A DNA stretch of 64,000 bases from an uncultured Ignavibacteria bacterium (GTDB lineage: Bacteria > Zixibacteria > MSB-5A5 > SM23-73-2). Below are positions 55,301 to 64,000 of the stretch, piece by piece. Every line of letters begins with the position of its first letter. Positions within the stretch are counted from its first letter, which is position 1. The stretch lies in assembly GCA_964447175.1 (NCBI GenBank), contig CAYURP010000012.1:1110-65109 (forward strand), written 5' to 3'. The notes beneath the pieces were generated by a model. It was given only the letters and a program-made list of their open reading frames with translations, searched no databases and was not told where the DNA came from. The position numbers and the translations under genes were made by a program.

Positions 55301-56215
55301 GTATTTCAAGATCCCGAGGTGGTATATGCACCAGTGTTTGGGATACTAAATAATTTAACAAAAGTATTAAACGATAAATCTACGGTTGAAGACATAATTG
55401 CGGTAGATAGCACTGACATCCTATTTTTCCACTGGGCAACTGACATTACTGAGATAGGTACTCGACAAGCTATATTTATAGCCGAAGATGAAGACGGAGA
55501 AAACAGCGATACTACATTAAATATAATTACAGATAATTCAGATACATTATTGCCACCAAATAAGCTTTGGGTTGGCAGAACAGGTGTGGTGGGTTCAAAG
55601 AATGTTCCCTTCTCGGTTCCCGTGGAGATACACAACACTGACAGCCTTCGTTTTGTAGACCTTCCTTTCATAATAACAGGTAATATTGACTTTTTTGATA
55701 GTATAACATATTCTAACTCACGTCTGGAGAATGAAAGTATTTTAGCAACTAGAGATGTAGAACAAGGTTGTCCGATATCCGATCCTGAAATGCTACACAT
55801 TACATTGAGTTATTGGGAGGCAAAACCAGGATTTTTACCTGCTGGTTTCGGGAAAATCTTCGATCTTTTCTTCGAAGGAGATACTACCTATTTCCAGATC
55901 AATAAATATGATACAATTCTATTAAGATCCTGGAATGGTAGCACAGACTATTACCCTGATTTCGAATCCTACGGAGTTAGAGTGATTGAGAAAGGAGCAT
56001 GGATATGCGGTGATGTGAACGGCGATAATGAAGTGACCCCTGCGGACGTAGTATATCTTATCAATTACTTATTCAGGGGTGGTTTTCCCCCAAAATGCCC
56101 ACCCTTTCCATATGTCTCCTGCGCAGATTGTAATGGAGATGGAGATGTGACAATTGCAGATGCAGTTTATTTAGTCATCTATCTGTTTAAATCCGGTTCA
56201 GCACCGATCTGTTGA
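52304..56215 (+). CDS. Secreted scaffold-like protein: four cohesin-like beta-sandwiches, two dockerins, one GEVED-like domain
   Basis: Signal peptide; repeated 'D..........F..P....N...L.G..IP........DSI.F..S.L' modules; [14 protein letters not shown]...[13 protein letters not shown]; DYGDAPD...GETED; C-terminal [21 protein letters not shown]...[18 protein letters not shown]. Confidence 0.72.
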   Translation: MKLAKASLAMLFLLLFYSVTIPSIVYAEEPKDTLWIEPQNDSTLIDSILVGISFRMSVNVSNLDTTLAGLEMRFAFQDTDLVRLDSFSFSDPSCRLLNPDTMDYRDTSRVSPDTIYMEFSDTGEVRNYLPPGRGKIIDLWFTGIRTGDFFLDSVSTITLVERWGASIYPAFLTDTLTLRSYDDPGNADSFWIKKDTGLEPDTVGIHAKFPLPFAIYNDEVLSGFEIPLLIVGKNIPVYDTISFENSNLTDTLLSPKVSDFQDSNILIRLELRKELNETLLDTAAIGNVNNLFNLWLRADSLAGKCDIYTDSVPHIGNLFFIDDSGGFIPVSYGITCTTFCYMPGDITKNNVVNNVDLFYLAVHLFMPPKESTGGGLSYDPGDLDKIKSQRVFLSAPISSEEWDSTFSEILFRADVNADSRVDVGDYYFMSLFFQGDNPPDSLGYGWSYPKAANPCDPDTIRINFRKAYPGQQIPIVIEIYNEDYLSGMTIPLQIPDPSKLQCDSITLAGRFRSFQFDWEWTPWQEDYDQNPDNQDLLIIVSTLDTDDFPFIDPSETDHADSAFILWCTVDSLLETTDYIDTVSLLPSHKLSFFETDSGHSCVPRLHKFMVDTVLADYGDAPDATDPYCAVDSFYFPTLYNTKCCRIEGRCGPYHRYASPYTEWLGYSASPPTEEWNARISNLDQDELSDTLFVEANAAWYIAPITITADMDTIRYLNVLYNVIDDKKWKDTLDYKEWVVQNKVIKNSGTTEKLILGPFDILQIPSASDTAWARYTLTREPIPAETFNSVGGWDGSGPQGGWDYGETEDIPFTHCTLISDTVCFSVSSESSFYNVPEAEIIKVKVMVWRVSSTAENITGLSLNPYVFETGGAENGLILNFDGAIPHAIPSSFNLPVGDPQQDTVSFFYNAYFPDLPNARTSRVLWKVSYDLGEGTKLVATNETKFIESVEPSFVFLDSSENPITLNEDTTISYYGGVVDLRFKVVDPDGDYPVNVIFERKVFQDPEVVYAPVFGILNNLTKVLNDKSTVEDIIAVDSTDILFFHWATDITEIGTRQAIFIAEDEDGENSDTTLNIITDNSDTLLPPNKLWVGRTGVVGSKNVPFSVPVEIHNTDSLRFVDLPFIITGNIDFFDSITYSNSRLENESILATRDVEQGCPISDPEMLHITLSYWEAKPGFLPAGFGKIFDLFFEGDTTYFQINKYDTILLRSWNGSTDYYPDFESYGVRVIEKGAWICGDVNGDNEVTPADVVYLINYLFRGGFPPKCPPFPYVSCADCNGDGDVTIADAVYLVIYLFKSGSAPIC

Positions 56216-56296
56216 ATGTGTTTTGATTTGGGATAACTACAAATGATTACAAGCTGAATTGTAGTATTGTTAGAAGGATTAAGCTCTTGACCATGT

Positions 56297-56331
56297 AAGA
56301 AGGGATGGAGTAAAAGCTCTGTCCCTTCTTT
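56297..56331 (+). terminator. Probable intrinsic terminator after the scaffold gene
   Basis: AAGAAGGGATGGAG-TAAAAG-CTCTGTCCCTTCTTT. Confidence 0.7.
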
Positions 56332-56550
56332 CAATTTAATTGTTAATTCAATTCCCTAAACAGATCAAACCCAGATCACTATAAAAATTAAAATGTTATA
56401 ACTGAAACGATCCCCTATCTGCGTCTTTACATTCGATCCAGGTAAAATTATCAGTTTTTTTAATTTTTAAATGAGCCGGACAAACCCCTGGATAACAGAC
56501 TGATGGATACTACTTTGAAGGAATGGTTGACTTGAGGGAAAGTACTTTAT

Positions 56551-57837
56551 CTAATCCTTCATTGATTCCAAAAACTCATTGTTGTTTTTGGTTTTTCTCA
56601 CTCGGTCCTGTAAAAACTCCATGGCCTCAACAGCATTCATCTCATTTAGGAATTTCCTTAGAATCCATACTTTGCTCAACTCATCCTCTGTTAAAAGAAG
56701 CTCCTCTTTTCGCGTTCCCGAACGATTGATATCTATGGCTGGGAAGACCCTTCGGTCGGAAAGCCTTCTGTCTAAAACCATTTCCATGTTTCCAGTCCCC
56801 TTGAACTCCTCAAAGATCACCTCATCCATTCTGGAACCAGTTTCGATCAAGGCGGTAGCTATAATGGTTAAACTTCCACCTTCCTCGATGTTTCTGGCTG
56901 CTCCGAAGAACCTTTTGGGTTTATGCAGGGCGTTGGAGTCTACACCTCCGGAAAGGATTTTTCCCGAATGAGGAACCACAGCATTATGAGCTCTAGCCAG
57001 TCGGGTGATGCTGTCCAGAAGGATAGCCACATCGTGTCCATGCTCAACTAATCTCTTTGATTTCTCAAGAATCATATCTGCCACCTGAACATGTCGATCA
57101 GCTGGCTCATCGAAGGTTGAGGAAACAACTTCCGCATTGACCGAACGCTTCATATCAGTAACTTCTTCAGGACGTTCGTCAATCAGAAGAACGAGTAACT
57201 TCATTTCCGGATGGTTGGTAGTGATACTGTTGGCTATCTTTTGAAGAAGTATGGTCTTTCCAGCCTTGGGCGGTGAGGTGATCAGTGCCCTCTGTCCTTT
57301 CCCGATGGGAGAGAGAAGATCCATAATCCTCATGGCCAGCTCGTCCGGGGAGACCTCCAGTTTAATTTTTTCTTCAGGAAAAAGCGGAGTCAGATTATCA
57401 AACAGGGTTTTGTGTTTTGCCACCTCCGGGTTTTCAAAATTAACCGCCTCTATTTTGAGCAGGGCAAAGTATCGTTCGCTGTCCTTGGGCGGGCGCACCT
57501 GTCCGGAGACGGTATCACCTTTCTTCAAGTCAAAGCGCTTTATCTGGGATGGAGAGACGTAGATATCATCCGGACCAGGAAGATAATTGTAATCCGGTGA
57601 TCTCAGGAAACCATAACCCTCGTTTAACGTCTCCAGCACGCCTTCAGCGAAGATCAGACCATTTTTCTCGGTCTTGGCTTCCAGGATCTTAAAGATCAGC
57701 TCCTGTTTCCTCAAACCGCTGCACTGTTCAATATCCAGATCTTCTGCCAGTTTTAGAAGTTCGGAAACGGTTTTGCTTTTAAGCTCTACTATATCCATGG
57801 AAAACACCTCTTGGTTTTTTTTGTTTTTTGTAGCCAT
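56551..57837 (-). CDS. rho: Transcription termination factor Rho (start may be ATG 57798, MDIVELK)
   Basis: [61 protein letters not shown]. Confidence 0.98.
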   Translation of the reverse strand: MATKNKKNQEVFSMDIVELKSKTVSELLKLAEDLDIEQCSGLRKQELIFKILEAKTEKNGLIFAEGVLETLNEGYGFLRSPDYNYLPGPDDIYVSPSQIKRFDLKKGDTVSGQVRPPKDSERYFALLKIEAVNFENPEVAKHKTLFDNLTPLFPEEKIKLEVSPDELAMRIMDLLSPIGKGQRALITSPPKAGKTILLQKIANSITTNHPEMKLLVLLIDERPEEVTDMKRSVNAEVVSSTFDEPADRHVQVADMILEKSKRLVEHGHDVAILLDSITRLARAHNAVVPHSGKILSGGVDSNALHKPKRFFGAARNIEEGGSLTIIATALIETGSRMDEVIFEEFKGTGNMEMVLDRRLSDRRVFPAIDINRSGTRKEELLLTEDELSKVWILRKFLNEMNAVEAMEFLQDRVRKTKNNNEFLESMKD

Positions 57838-57945
57838 TTTTGGATCAGATCAAAGTTAGCTTATCAAATCAGGATTTTAAATATTGGGACAGAATAATGG
57901 ATTAATCTTTGTTAATATGTTAATCGGTCTCCTCTCAATTAATCT

Positions 57946-58308
57946 TTAGTTTTCCTTTTCATCTGAAAGTTTTTCAATCTCAGCATCACCCCAGAGCTTT
58001 TCTAAAGCGTAAAATTCTCTGGTCTCCTTCAAGAATATATGTACCACCACGTCCACATAATCCAAAAGAATCCACCGGGACGTTTGATAGCCCTCATTAT
58101 GCCAAACCTTTATACCTTTCTTTTCCAGATTCTTCAGGATGGAATCGGCAATGGCTTTGGCATGAATATCCACCTGAGCCGAACAGATAACAAAGAAATC
58201 ACAAACAGCAGAAAGTTTACTTAAGTCCAGAATCTCAACATCGAAAGCCTTTTTATCTAAGGCTAATCTGCCAGCCAGCTCTGCCAGCCTTCGGGGGGTA
58301 ATTCTCAA
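57946..58308 (-). CDS. rsfS: Ribosome silencing factor
   Basis: DKKAFDV.ILDL, DFFVICS, WILLDYVDVVVHIF, FYALEKLWGDA. Confidence 0.96.
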   Translation of the reverse strand: MRITPRRLAELAGRLALDKKAFDVEILDLSKLSAVCDFFVICSAQVDIHAKAIADSILKNLEKKGIKVWHNEGYQTSRWILLDYVDVVVHIFLKETREFYALEKLWGDAEIEKLSDEKEN

Positions 58309-58328
58309 TAAGTTCCTCCTGGATCCTC

Positions 58329-58841
58329 CTATTTTATGGTTTTTTCCGTTTCAAGGATTTTCTGGTAATCTTTTCCCAAAATGAGAGTTTGCTGTATTCC
58401 CAGCACTTTCAGATGTTTCTCTTTAATGGCTTGATAAGAAACATTTTCCTTACTGATATTCAATAATTGGGCTACTTTCTGGGCTGCGTCCAAGTCCCCC
58501 ACTCTGTCCCAGATCAACGTCTGAGGGATCTGGGAATCAGAGAAATTGTCCACCTCTATAACGTCGAAGGTGAAACCCTCAAATTTTTGAGTCAATATAA
58601 AATTTGTTACATCTTGAGCTGCTCCGGGTACTCCACATCCATTCAACACTTCTAACTTAATCAGAATTGGTTCGGAGCTTCCGATTGCCTCAGTTTGAGT
58701 TAATCTTTTAACAAAGGAAAATGTGTAAACCAGAACTACCAGCCCCAGAACCAGGATAAAAAGACTTAAGAACTTTGAGCCTGCTTTTCCTGAGGTCTTA
58801 CCTTTTTTGTAAAATTTACGTGTTTTCTTTTTAGGTGGCAT
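58329..58841 (-). CDS. LytR C-terminal domain membrane protein
   Basis: Single TM; LEVLNGCGVPGAA, T.I, LILGKDY. Confidence 0.85.
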   Translation of the reverse strand: MPPKKKTRKFYKKGKTSGKAGSKFLSLFILVLGLVVLVYTFSFVKRLTQTEAIGSSEPILIKLEVLNGCGVPGAAQDVTNFILTQKFEGFTFDVIEVDNFSDSQIPQTLIWDRVGDLDAAQKVAQLLNISKENVSYQAIKEKHLKVLGIQQTLILGKDYQKILETEKTIK

Positions 58842-58884
58842 AAATGGAATATTTAGCTAAAGCGGGCGATCTACAAATTTTTGC

Positions 58885-58913
58885 AGCCTAATCTGAGATA
58901 GAATGTCTGTCAA
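58885..58913 (-). promoter_or_regulatory. Sigma70-like promoter for LytR_C-rsfS
   Basis: TTGACA-17 nt-TAGGCT on minus strand. Confidence 0.45.
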
Positions 58914-59007
58914 TAACTTGCAGGAAAAGAACTTACCCAACCCACCCTGCACTCAAGCTGAGATTTTTGGAGAAATCTCCCCCCTCCACGGGTATAGATT
59001 TTTCCCC

Positions 59008-59538
59008 TCACCTCCTTTTATTCCAGAAATTATCATAAAAACTACGATCATACCACAAAGGCATGCTGCTGATGTTTATATGTAAGTAGATCTTACTGCT
59101 GGGATTGTACCAAAGCTGGAAACTGGGTAAAATCTTCCCTCCAGAGTAATTATTCCCGATTATGGAGAAGGGCTGATACAGGTATCCTAAGCTCACCTGA
59201 AGCCTGAGCGGATCTGACGGACGATATTCGATAGTGTTAAGATATAAACCGATGTTTCCACTTCCACCCCCTCCTGAGAAATAAGATAAAGTGTAGCTAT
59301 GCCACATTTTAAATCGGCTGGGATCAAGAAGGGAAAAGCTTGTGCTCTTTGAATCAAGACCCAAAAAGCTCTCACCCACATATGATTTTCCCGATCCTTG
59401 ATCTATATTTTGAGGAGACGCCAACAACGGAAAACTAACTAACAAAAATACTGAAATAAGAACAGAACCTAAAAATCTTTTCATCTGAAGCTCCTTTTTC
59501 AACTCTTTTAAAATATATCGGTCAGTTGGGTTTGTCAA
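59008..59538 (-). CDS. Hypothetical exported protein (likely start at MKRFLG)
   Basis: Signal peptide MKRFLGSVLISVFLLVSFPLLA; alternating beta-strand pattern. Confidence 0.7.
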   Translation of the reverse strand: MTNPTDRYILKELKKELQMKRFLGSVLISVFLLVSFPLLASPQNIDQGSGKSYVGESFLGLDSKSTSFSLLDPSRFKMWHSYTLSYFSGGGGSGNIGLYLNTIEYRPSDPLRLQVSLGYLYQPFSIIGNNYSGGKILPSFQLWYNPSSKIYLHINISSMPLWYDRSFYDNFWNKRR

Positions 59539-59548
59539 TAACTTTTTC

Positions 59549-60325
59549 TTATACGTTAATTTTTATTTCTCCGTTTGCTAAAAGCCTTTCAATTTGCTGA
59601 AGTTGTTTCAGGGAGTTGATCCCCATGGTCTCTCTGTAATCTTTCGCTTGAAAAGCTGATACTTTGCGGTTACTTTTTCTCAGAATCTTGACTACGTCGG
59701 TTAGATAATACTCCCCCTGCTGGTTTTCCTTTTTCACCTGGTCTAAAGCTGAAAAGATTAACCTGGAATCAAAACAGAAGGTTCCGGTATTTATCTCTTT
59801 TTCCATTCTTTCCTCAGAGGTTGCATCTTTATCCTCCACGATCTTCTCCACATAGCCATCCGAACTACGGATTACCCTTCCATAACCTTGGGGGGCCTCC
59901 AGTACTGCAGTGAGCACAGTGGCAGAGGCTTTGGTTCGCTGATAAGTTTGAATCAGATCTTTCAAAGTTTGGGTGCTTAAAAAGGGCACATCTCCGCAGA
60001 GCACCAGTATGGTTCCCACAAAATCAGATAAGATATCCCTGGTCTGAAGCAAGGCATGACCTGTTCCCAAAGGTTCTCTTTGCCATACGAATTCCACCTC
60101 ATAAGGTTTCAAGAACTCTGTGATCATTTGACCCTTATGCCCAACCACCATCACAATTTTCCTGATGTTCATCTTTTTCGCTGTTTTCACTACATATTCA
60201 ATTATAGGATGACCACCCAACTCATGCAGCACTTTGGGGATACCCGATTTCATCCTTTTGCCTTTGCCCGCAGCCAAAATCACCGCAGCGATAGACTTAT
60301 CATTTTTTATAAACATTTTCTGCAA
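59549..60325 (-). CDS. Sugar-phosphate nucleotidyltransferase = GlmU N-terminal (uridyltransferase) domain only
   Basis: VILAAGKGKRMKS..PKVLH, Q.EPLGTGHA, GDVPF, GYGRVIR, EINTG, QGEYYLTD, GINS; stops before the acetyltransferase beta-helix. Confidence 0.88.
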   Translation of the reverse strand: MQKMFIKNDKSIAAVILAAGKGKRMKSGIPKVLHELGGHPIIEYVVKTAKKMNIRKIVMVVGHKGQMITEFLKPYEVEFVWQREPLGTGHALLQTRDILSDFVGTILVLCGDVPFLSTQTLKDLIQTYQRTKASATVLTAVLEAPQGYGRVIRSSDGYVEKIVEDKDATSEERMEKEINTGTFCFDSRLIFSALDQVKKENQQGEYYLTDVVKILRKSNRKVSAFQAKDYRETMGINSLKQLQQIERLLANGEIKINV

Positions 60326-60345
60326 ATCTTATTCTGGTATCTACA

Positions 60346-60415
60346 GGTGGGATAAATTCCCACCTCTATGAAATAATAAACTAACTAACATATGCAGGGC
60401 ATTTAGCCCTGCATA
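60346..60415. repeat. Two REP-like hairpins between panD and the nucleotidyltransferase
   Basis: GGTGGGA-TAAAT-TCCCACC-TCTAT; TATGCAGGGC-ATTTA-GCCCTGCATA. Confidence 0.65.
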
Positions 60416-60433
60416 AATGTCGGGTCACAACAA

Positions 60434-60793
60434 TCAAAAATTCTTTTTGACAATTTTATTCTTCTGATCCAGAAAAATTAACCTGGGTTGGTGTTTTCTG
60501 GCATCCTCCTGATCCAGCATACAATAGGAGATGATGATAATGACATCCCCCACCTGGCCTAACCGGGCAGCAGGACCATTTAAACATATGGTTCCGGATC
60601 CTGGTTTTCCCACCAGAACGTATGTTTCAAACCTGGCTCCGTTGTTCTGGTTTAAAACATGAACCAGTTCATAGGGCAAAAGGTTTGCCTCTTTCATTAT
60701 ATCTTCGTCAATGGTTATGCTCCCCTCATAATTCAAAACTGCCTCAGTAACTACGGCTTTATGAATCTTAGATTTGCAAACATTAACCAGCAT
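60434..60793 (-). CDS. panD: Aspartate 1-decarboxylase
   Basis: [16 protein letters not shown] (G-S cleavage), [15 protein letters not shown]. Confidence 0.98.
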   Translation of the reverse strand: MLVNVCKSKIHKAVVTEAVLNYEGSITIDEDIMKEANLLPYELVHVLNQNNGARFETYVLVGKPGSGTICLNGPAARLGQVGDVIIIISYCMLDQEDARKHQPRLIFLDQKNKIVKKNF

Positions 60794-60805
60794 CTCATTC
60801 CTTTC

Positions 60806-61651
60806 TTACACTTTTATATTGATGTTATCAATCAATCTCGTTTTACCAATTTTTACTGCTAAGGAAATTAAAATGTTCCCCTTTATTTTCCTCAAAGTCT
60901 CAAGCGTTTCCGAGTCATTTATGGATATATAATCAATTCTTGCCTGGGGTTGCTTTTGAATGAGTTTTTTCATTTTTTCTATTATCTTTTCTGAATCCCT
61001 TTCTCCAGATTTTATCAGCTTTTTGGCTAAATTCAGGGATTGATATAAGGACAAAGCCTGAATTCTTTCTTCATCTGAAAGATACGAATTCCTGGAACTT
61101 AACGCAAGCCCGGATTTCTCCCTTATTGTAGGAGCGACAATGATCTTAACTGGAAAGTTCAGGTCTTTTACCATTCTTCTTATTACAACTGCTTGCTGAA
61201 AATCCTTCTGTCCGAAAACAGCTACATCCGGCATGACTATGTTGAAAAGCTTTGCCACGATTGTGGTCACCCCTTTGAAATGCCCCGGACGAAAAGCACC
61301 CTCTAAAATCTTGGTGGATTTTTCCACCTCTACGTAGGTCTCATATACTTCAGGATACATTTCCTTTATCTGCGGGTAAAACAGATAATCACAGCCTGAT
61401 TCCTTTAGAAGTCTTTTGTCCATTTTTAAATTCCTGGGATATCTTTTGAAATCCTCCTGGGGACCGAACTGGGTGGGATTGACAAACAAGCTAACCACTA
61501 AAACATCTGACTTTTTTTTAGCCACCCCCATCAGGCTTAAATGCCCTTGATGCAGATAGCCCATGGTGGGCACAAAACCGATGGTTTTCCCCTTTTTTTT
61601 CAGACTTGTGCAAATTCTTTGCATCTCTTTTGGAGACCTGAAGATTTTCAT
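60806..61651 (-). CDS. panC: Pantoate--beta-alanine ligase
   Basis: VPTMGYLHQGH, FVNPTQF, RPGHF.GV, FGQKDFQQ, GLALSSRN, RLIDN. Confidence 0.98.
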   Translation of the reverse strand: MKIFRSPKEMQRICTSLKKKGKTIGFVPTMGYLHQGHLSLMGVAKKKSDVLVVSLFVNPTQFGPQEDFKRYPRNLKMDKRLLKESGCDYLFYPQIKEMYPEVYETYVEVEKSTKILEGAFRPGHFKGVTTIVAKLFNIVMPDVAVFGQKDFQQAVVIRRMVKDLNFPVKIIVAPTIREKSGLALSSRNSYLSDEERIQALSLYQSLNLAKKLIKSGERDSEKIIEKMKKLIQKQPQARIDYISINDSETLETLRKIKGNILISLAVKIGKTRLIDNINIKV

Positions 61652-61711
61652 TTTGACTAATTAAGAATTCAAAAAGCAAAATTTAAAATTGCAATTAAAA
61701 AATAAAAATTA
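61652..61711 (-). repeat. Degenerate 7-bp array, T-rich on the coding strand, after the four-helix-bundle stop
   Basis: Coding strand TAATTTT TATTTTT TAATTGC AATTTTA AATTTTG CTTTTTG AATTCTT AATTAGT. Confidence 0.7.
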
Positions 61712-62092
61712 TTATTTCTTCCCTTTGAGCTTGAGAGTACTTGAAGCGAGAATATTAGCCAATTCTATGGTCTCATCGAGCAAAGGATTTACCGATTCTT
61801 TTGCTGCCTTATTAGAGTCCCTTAAAAGACCCGGCCAGAACTTGCTCTCATTAGTTGATTTGAGAGAGTGATTAAGGAAGTTAGTAAATTCTTTTTTTGA
61901 GCTGGCAGCCTGAGCTTCAACTATATTTGCGCCTATGCCGGTGGCACTGCGAATTAGTTGCTTAGCGATAACATGACAAGATAAATCATTCTTTGCTAAT
62001 TGATCCAGTAATTTGATAATATTTAAAGCATATAAATAAGCCCTCTTTTTTACATCAATTTTAGATTTTAAATTGTAATTTTTCATTTTCAT
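61712..62092 (-). CDS. Four-helix-bundle protein (TIGR02436 / 23S rRNA IVP family)
   Basis: RAY.YAL.II, IAKQLIRSATGIGANIVEA, S.KEF..FL..S.KS..ES.FW. Confidence 0.92.
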   Translation of the reverse strand: MKMKNYNLKSKIDVKKRAYLYALNIIKLLDQLAKNDLSCHVIAKQLIRSATGIGANIVEAQAASSKKEFTNFLNHSLKSTNESKFWPGLLRDSNKAAKESVNPLLDETIELANILASSTLKLKGKK

Positions 62093-62109
62093 TTTTTATT
62101 TTTTAATTT
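62054..62109 (-). repeat. Degenerate 7-bp array, A-rich on the coding strand, from the panB stop into the four-helix-bundle N-terminus
   Basis: Coding strand AAATTAA AAAATAA AAAATGA AAATGAA AAATTAC AATTTAA AATCTAA AATTGAT. Confidence 0.75.
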
Positions 62110-62913
62110 CTAATAGCTTTCTTCTTCTGAGGGAAATTCGCCAGATTTAACATCCTCTAAATACTTCTGGCAGGCTTTTTGAATTTCCTCTCCCAGGTTA
62201 GCATAGCGTCTGACGAATTTGGGTTTGAAATCTTCGAAAAGTCCTAAAATATCGTTTACCACCAAAACCTGTCCATCACAGAATTTACCTGCGCCTATTC
62301 CTATTGTGGGAATTTTAAGGGACTGGCTAATGGTTTTTGCTAAGTCTGAAGGTATCGCCTCCAGAACAATGGAAAAGCAGCCTGCATCTTCCAATGCTTG
62401 CGCACTTTTGATCAGATAATCCTTGTTTTTTTGATCTTTTCCCTGAACTGAAAAACTGCCGAATTTATGTATGGATTGGGGGGTCAAACCTATATGCCCC
62501 ATCACCGGTATGCCAGCCTGCACTACCCCTTCCACGATTCTTATCATTTCCGTCCCGCCTTCTATTTTCACCCCTTGGGCTCCCCCCTCCTTTAAAAATC
62601 TGCCGGCATTTCTTATGGCTTCGGCTTCAGATGTTTGGTAGGATAAAAACGGCATATCCCCCACTATCATGGCCCTTTCACAGGCAGAGGATACTGCCTG
62701 GGTATGATAGATCATCTGCTCCATCCCTATGGACAGGGTGGTTTTCGCCCCATAAAAGACCATATTAACCGAATCGCCTACCAGTATGCAATCAATTCCG
62801 ATCTTATCCATTATTCTGGCAGTGAAGAAATCATATGCAGTTAAAACAGCGATTTTCTCTTGGGATTTTTTCATCCGGAGAAAGGTCTTTACTGTGACTT
62901 TTTCCTTGGACAT
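62110..62913 (-). CDS. panB: 3-methyl-2-oxobutanoate hydroxymethyltransferase
   Basis: LTAYD, ILVGDS, GDMPFLSY, VKIEGG, GHIGLTPQS, IGIGAG..CDGQVLV. Confidence 0.98.
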   Translation of the reverse strand: MSKEKVTVKTFLRMKKSQEKIAVLTAYDFFTARIMDKIGIDCILVGDSVNMVFYGAKTTLSIGMEQMIYHTQAVSSACERAMIVGDMPFLSYQTSEAEAIRNAGRFLKEGGAQGVKIEGGTEMIRIVEGVVQAGIPVMGHIGLTPQSIHKFGSFSVQGKDQKNKDYLIKSAQALEDAGCFSIVLEAIPSDLAKTISQSLKIPTIGIGAGKFCDGQVLVVNDILGLFEDFKPKFVRRYANLGEEIQKACQKYLEDVKSGEFPSEEESY

Positions 62914-62958
62914 AACTACTTAATATACGAAAAGTTAGCACTACCCAGAACCAAAAAT

Positions 62959-63591
62959 CTACCCCCGGGTGTAGTATTTGGTGCCGGTGTGTGGATTTTC
63001 TATCTTCTCTAATAGATCTTTTAAGTCCGCCTCATTGTTTAAAAAGTCGAAATTATCCGTGTTTATCACCAGAAGAGGTGTCTCTTTATAATGGAAGAAG
63101 TATCGGTTATAGGCTTCATTTAAATCCAGAAGATAGTTAAGCTCAATATCCTTTTCGTATTCCTTCCCCCTCTGTTTTATTTTTTGAAAAAGCTTCTCCG
63201 GTGTGCTCTGGAGATAGATTACCAGATCGGGTCTGGGTATATTCCTTTCCAGATATGAAATCAATTTCACGTAAAGATGAAATTCCTTCTCATCCAGAAC
63301 CACCGAGGCGAAAATCTTGTCTTTTGCAAAAAGATAATCCGATACGATCCTTTGAGTAAAAAGATCATATTCTAAAAGCTCCTGTTGTTGTCTGAATCGG
63401 GACAAAAGGAAAAATATCTGGGTCTGAAAAGCACGCCTTTCCCGGTCTTTGTAGAAATCTTTGAGAAAGGGATTGCCCTCGGAATCCTCCAGAATCAACC
63501 TGGCTGGTAATCTATCAGCCAGAAGCTCAGCCAAAGCCGTTTTCCCCACACCTATTAACCCTTCGATTACTATATAATTGTTCTCCTTCAT
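62959..63591 (-). CDS. Deoxynucleoside kinase
   Basis: IEGLIGVGKT, NPFL..FY, Q.FFL..R, PRPDLVIYL, R...YE. Confidence 0.93.
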   Translation of the reverse strand: MKENNYIVIEGLIGVGKTALAELLADRLPARLILEDSEGNPFLKDFYKDRERRAFQTQIFFLLSRFRQQQELLEYDLFTQRIVSDYLFAKDKIFASVVLDEKEFHLYVKLISYLERNIPRPDLVIYLQSTPEKLFQKIKQRGKEYEKDIELNYLLDLNEAYNRYFFHYKETPLLVINTDNFDFLNNEADLKDLLEKIENPHTGTKYYTRG

Positions 63592-63597
63592 ATTATT

Positions 63598-64000
63598 TCA
63601 ATTCCTGAAAAGCTCAACCTTTGAATCTTGCTTTAAATTCTTTAGCAACTCAGAGATGGTCTGTTGCTTCAGGGGATGGATTTTATCCTTTGCGATTTCA
63701 GCTAAAGGGATTAATACGAATTTTCGGAGATGCATCTGAGGATGGGGTAAGGTTAACTCAGAGGAATTGATAATTTGTTCATCATAAAGCAGAAGATCCA
63801 GGTCGATGTTTCTGGGTCCCCATTTCTTCTCCCTTTTTCGTCCCATTTTCCTCTCAATGTCCTGAAGAAAACGGAGCAGCTCAAAGGGGGAAATTGCCGT
63901 TTCAACCTCCAGCACCATATTCAAAAAAAGGGGCTGGTCATTTATGCCCACAGGTTCTGTTTGATAGACAGAGGAGCGTTTTAATACTTTAACCATAGAA
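63598..64000 (-). CDS. folK: 2-amino-4-hydroxy-6-hydroxymethyldihydropteridine diphosphokinase (5' end outside window)
   Basis: SSVYQTEP, FLN.V, E...GR.R..KWGPRNIDLDLL, LPHP.MH.R.FVL.PL. Confidence 0.95.
   Translation of the reverse strand, partial: SMVKVLKRSSVYQTEPVGINDQPLFLNMVLEVETAISPFELLRFLQDIERKMGRKREKKWGPRNIDLDLLLYDEQIINSSELTLPHPQMHLRKFVLIPLAEIAKDKIHPLKQQTISELLKNLKQDSKVELFRN

Noticed and set aside
56332-56550. Unexplained ~220 nt between the scaffold terminator and the rho stop, considered as 6S or another ncRNA
   Set aside because: Only two short complementary blocks (ATCCAGG/CCTGGAT, ATCAGT/ACTGAT) in crossing order; no long rod or recognisable motif. An Rfam scan would settle it.
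708-63984. Numerous 60-170 aa antisense or alternate-frame ORFs inside long genes
   Set aside because: They overlap well-supported genes and show no motifs; expected shadow ORFs.
1-64000. tRNA, rRNA, known riboswitches (TPP, SAM, cobalamin, c-di-GMP, c-di-AMP), prophage or defence genes
   Set aside because: No diagnostic motifs found by eye; absence is not proven without tRNAscan/Infernal/HMM searches.

Overview
A bacterial chromosomal window of moderate GC, mostly housekeeping genes. It most resembles an FCB-group genome such as Zixibacteria. That placement is inferred from the SprA homolog, dockerin-tailed secreted proteins, multiheme cytochrome and CxxxY-type CcmE, not from a marker gene. 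Core genes are argS, dapF, ccmABCDEF (ccmD is missing from the ORF track), lepB, an 11-heme cytochrome c/cytochrome b fusion, murB-sprA-M28 peptidase-comEA-coaD-ecfT-truA-tal-purB-psd-pssA-purS-purQ-tatA, a TetR-regulated RND operon, recG, rho, rsfS and folK-dNK-panB-panC-panD. Accessory content is three large secreted dockerin proteins (two cysteine proteases and one cohesin+dockerin scaffold), a Big_5 lipoprotein, a trimeric-fibre-like protein and a frameshifted IS481. No rRNA, tRNA, CRISPR array, reverse transcriptase or integrase was seen. The most unusual signals are non-coding. (1) 7-bp tandem arrays start at stop codons inside operons, and an oppositely oriented pair brackets a four-helix-bundle gene inserted between panB and panC. 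(2) Clusters of many different GTAG-type REP hairpins are present; an IS481 sits exactly at REP loops, and a fibre gene lies between ~104-bp REP-containing direct repeats. (3) truA probably uses an ATT start codon.
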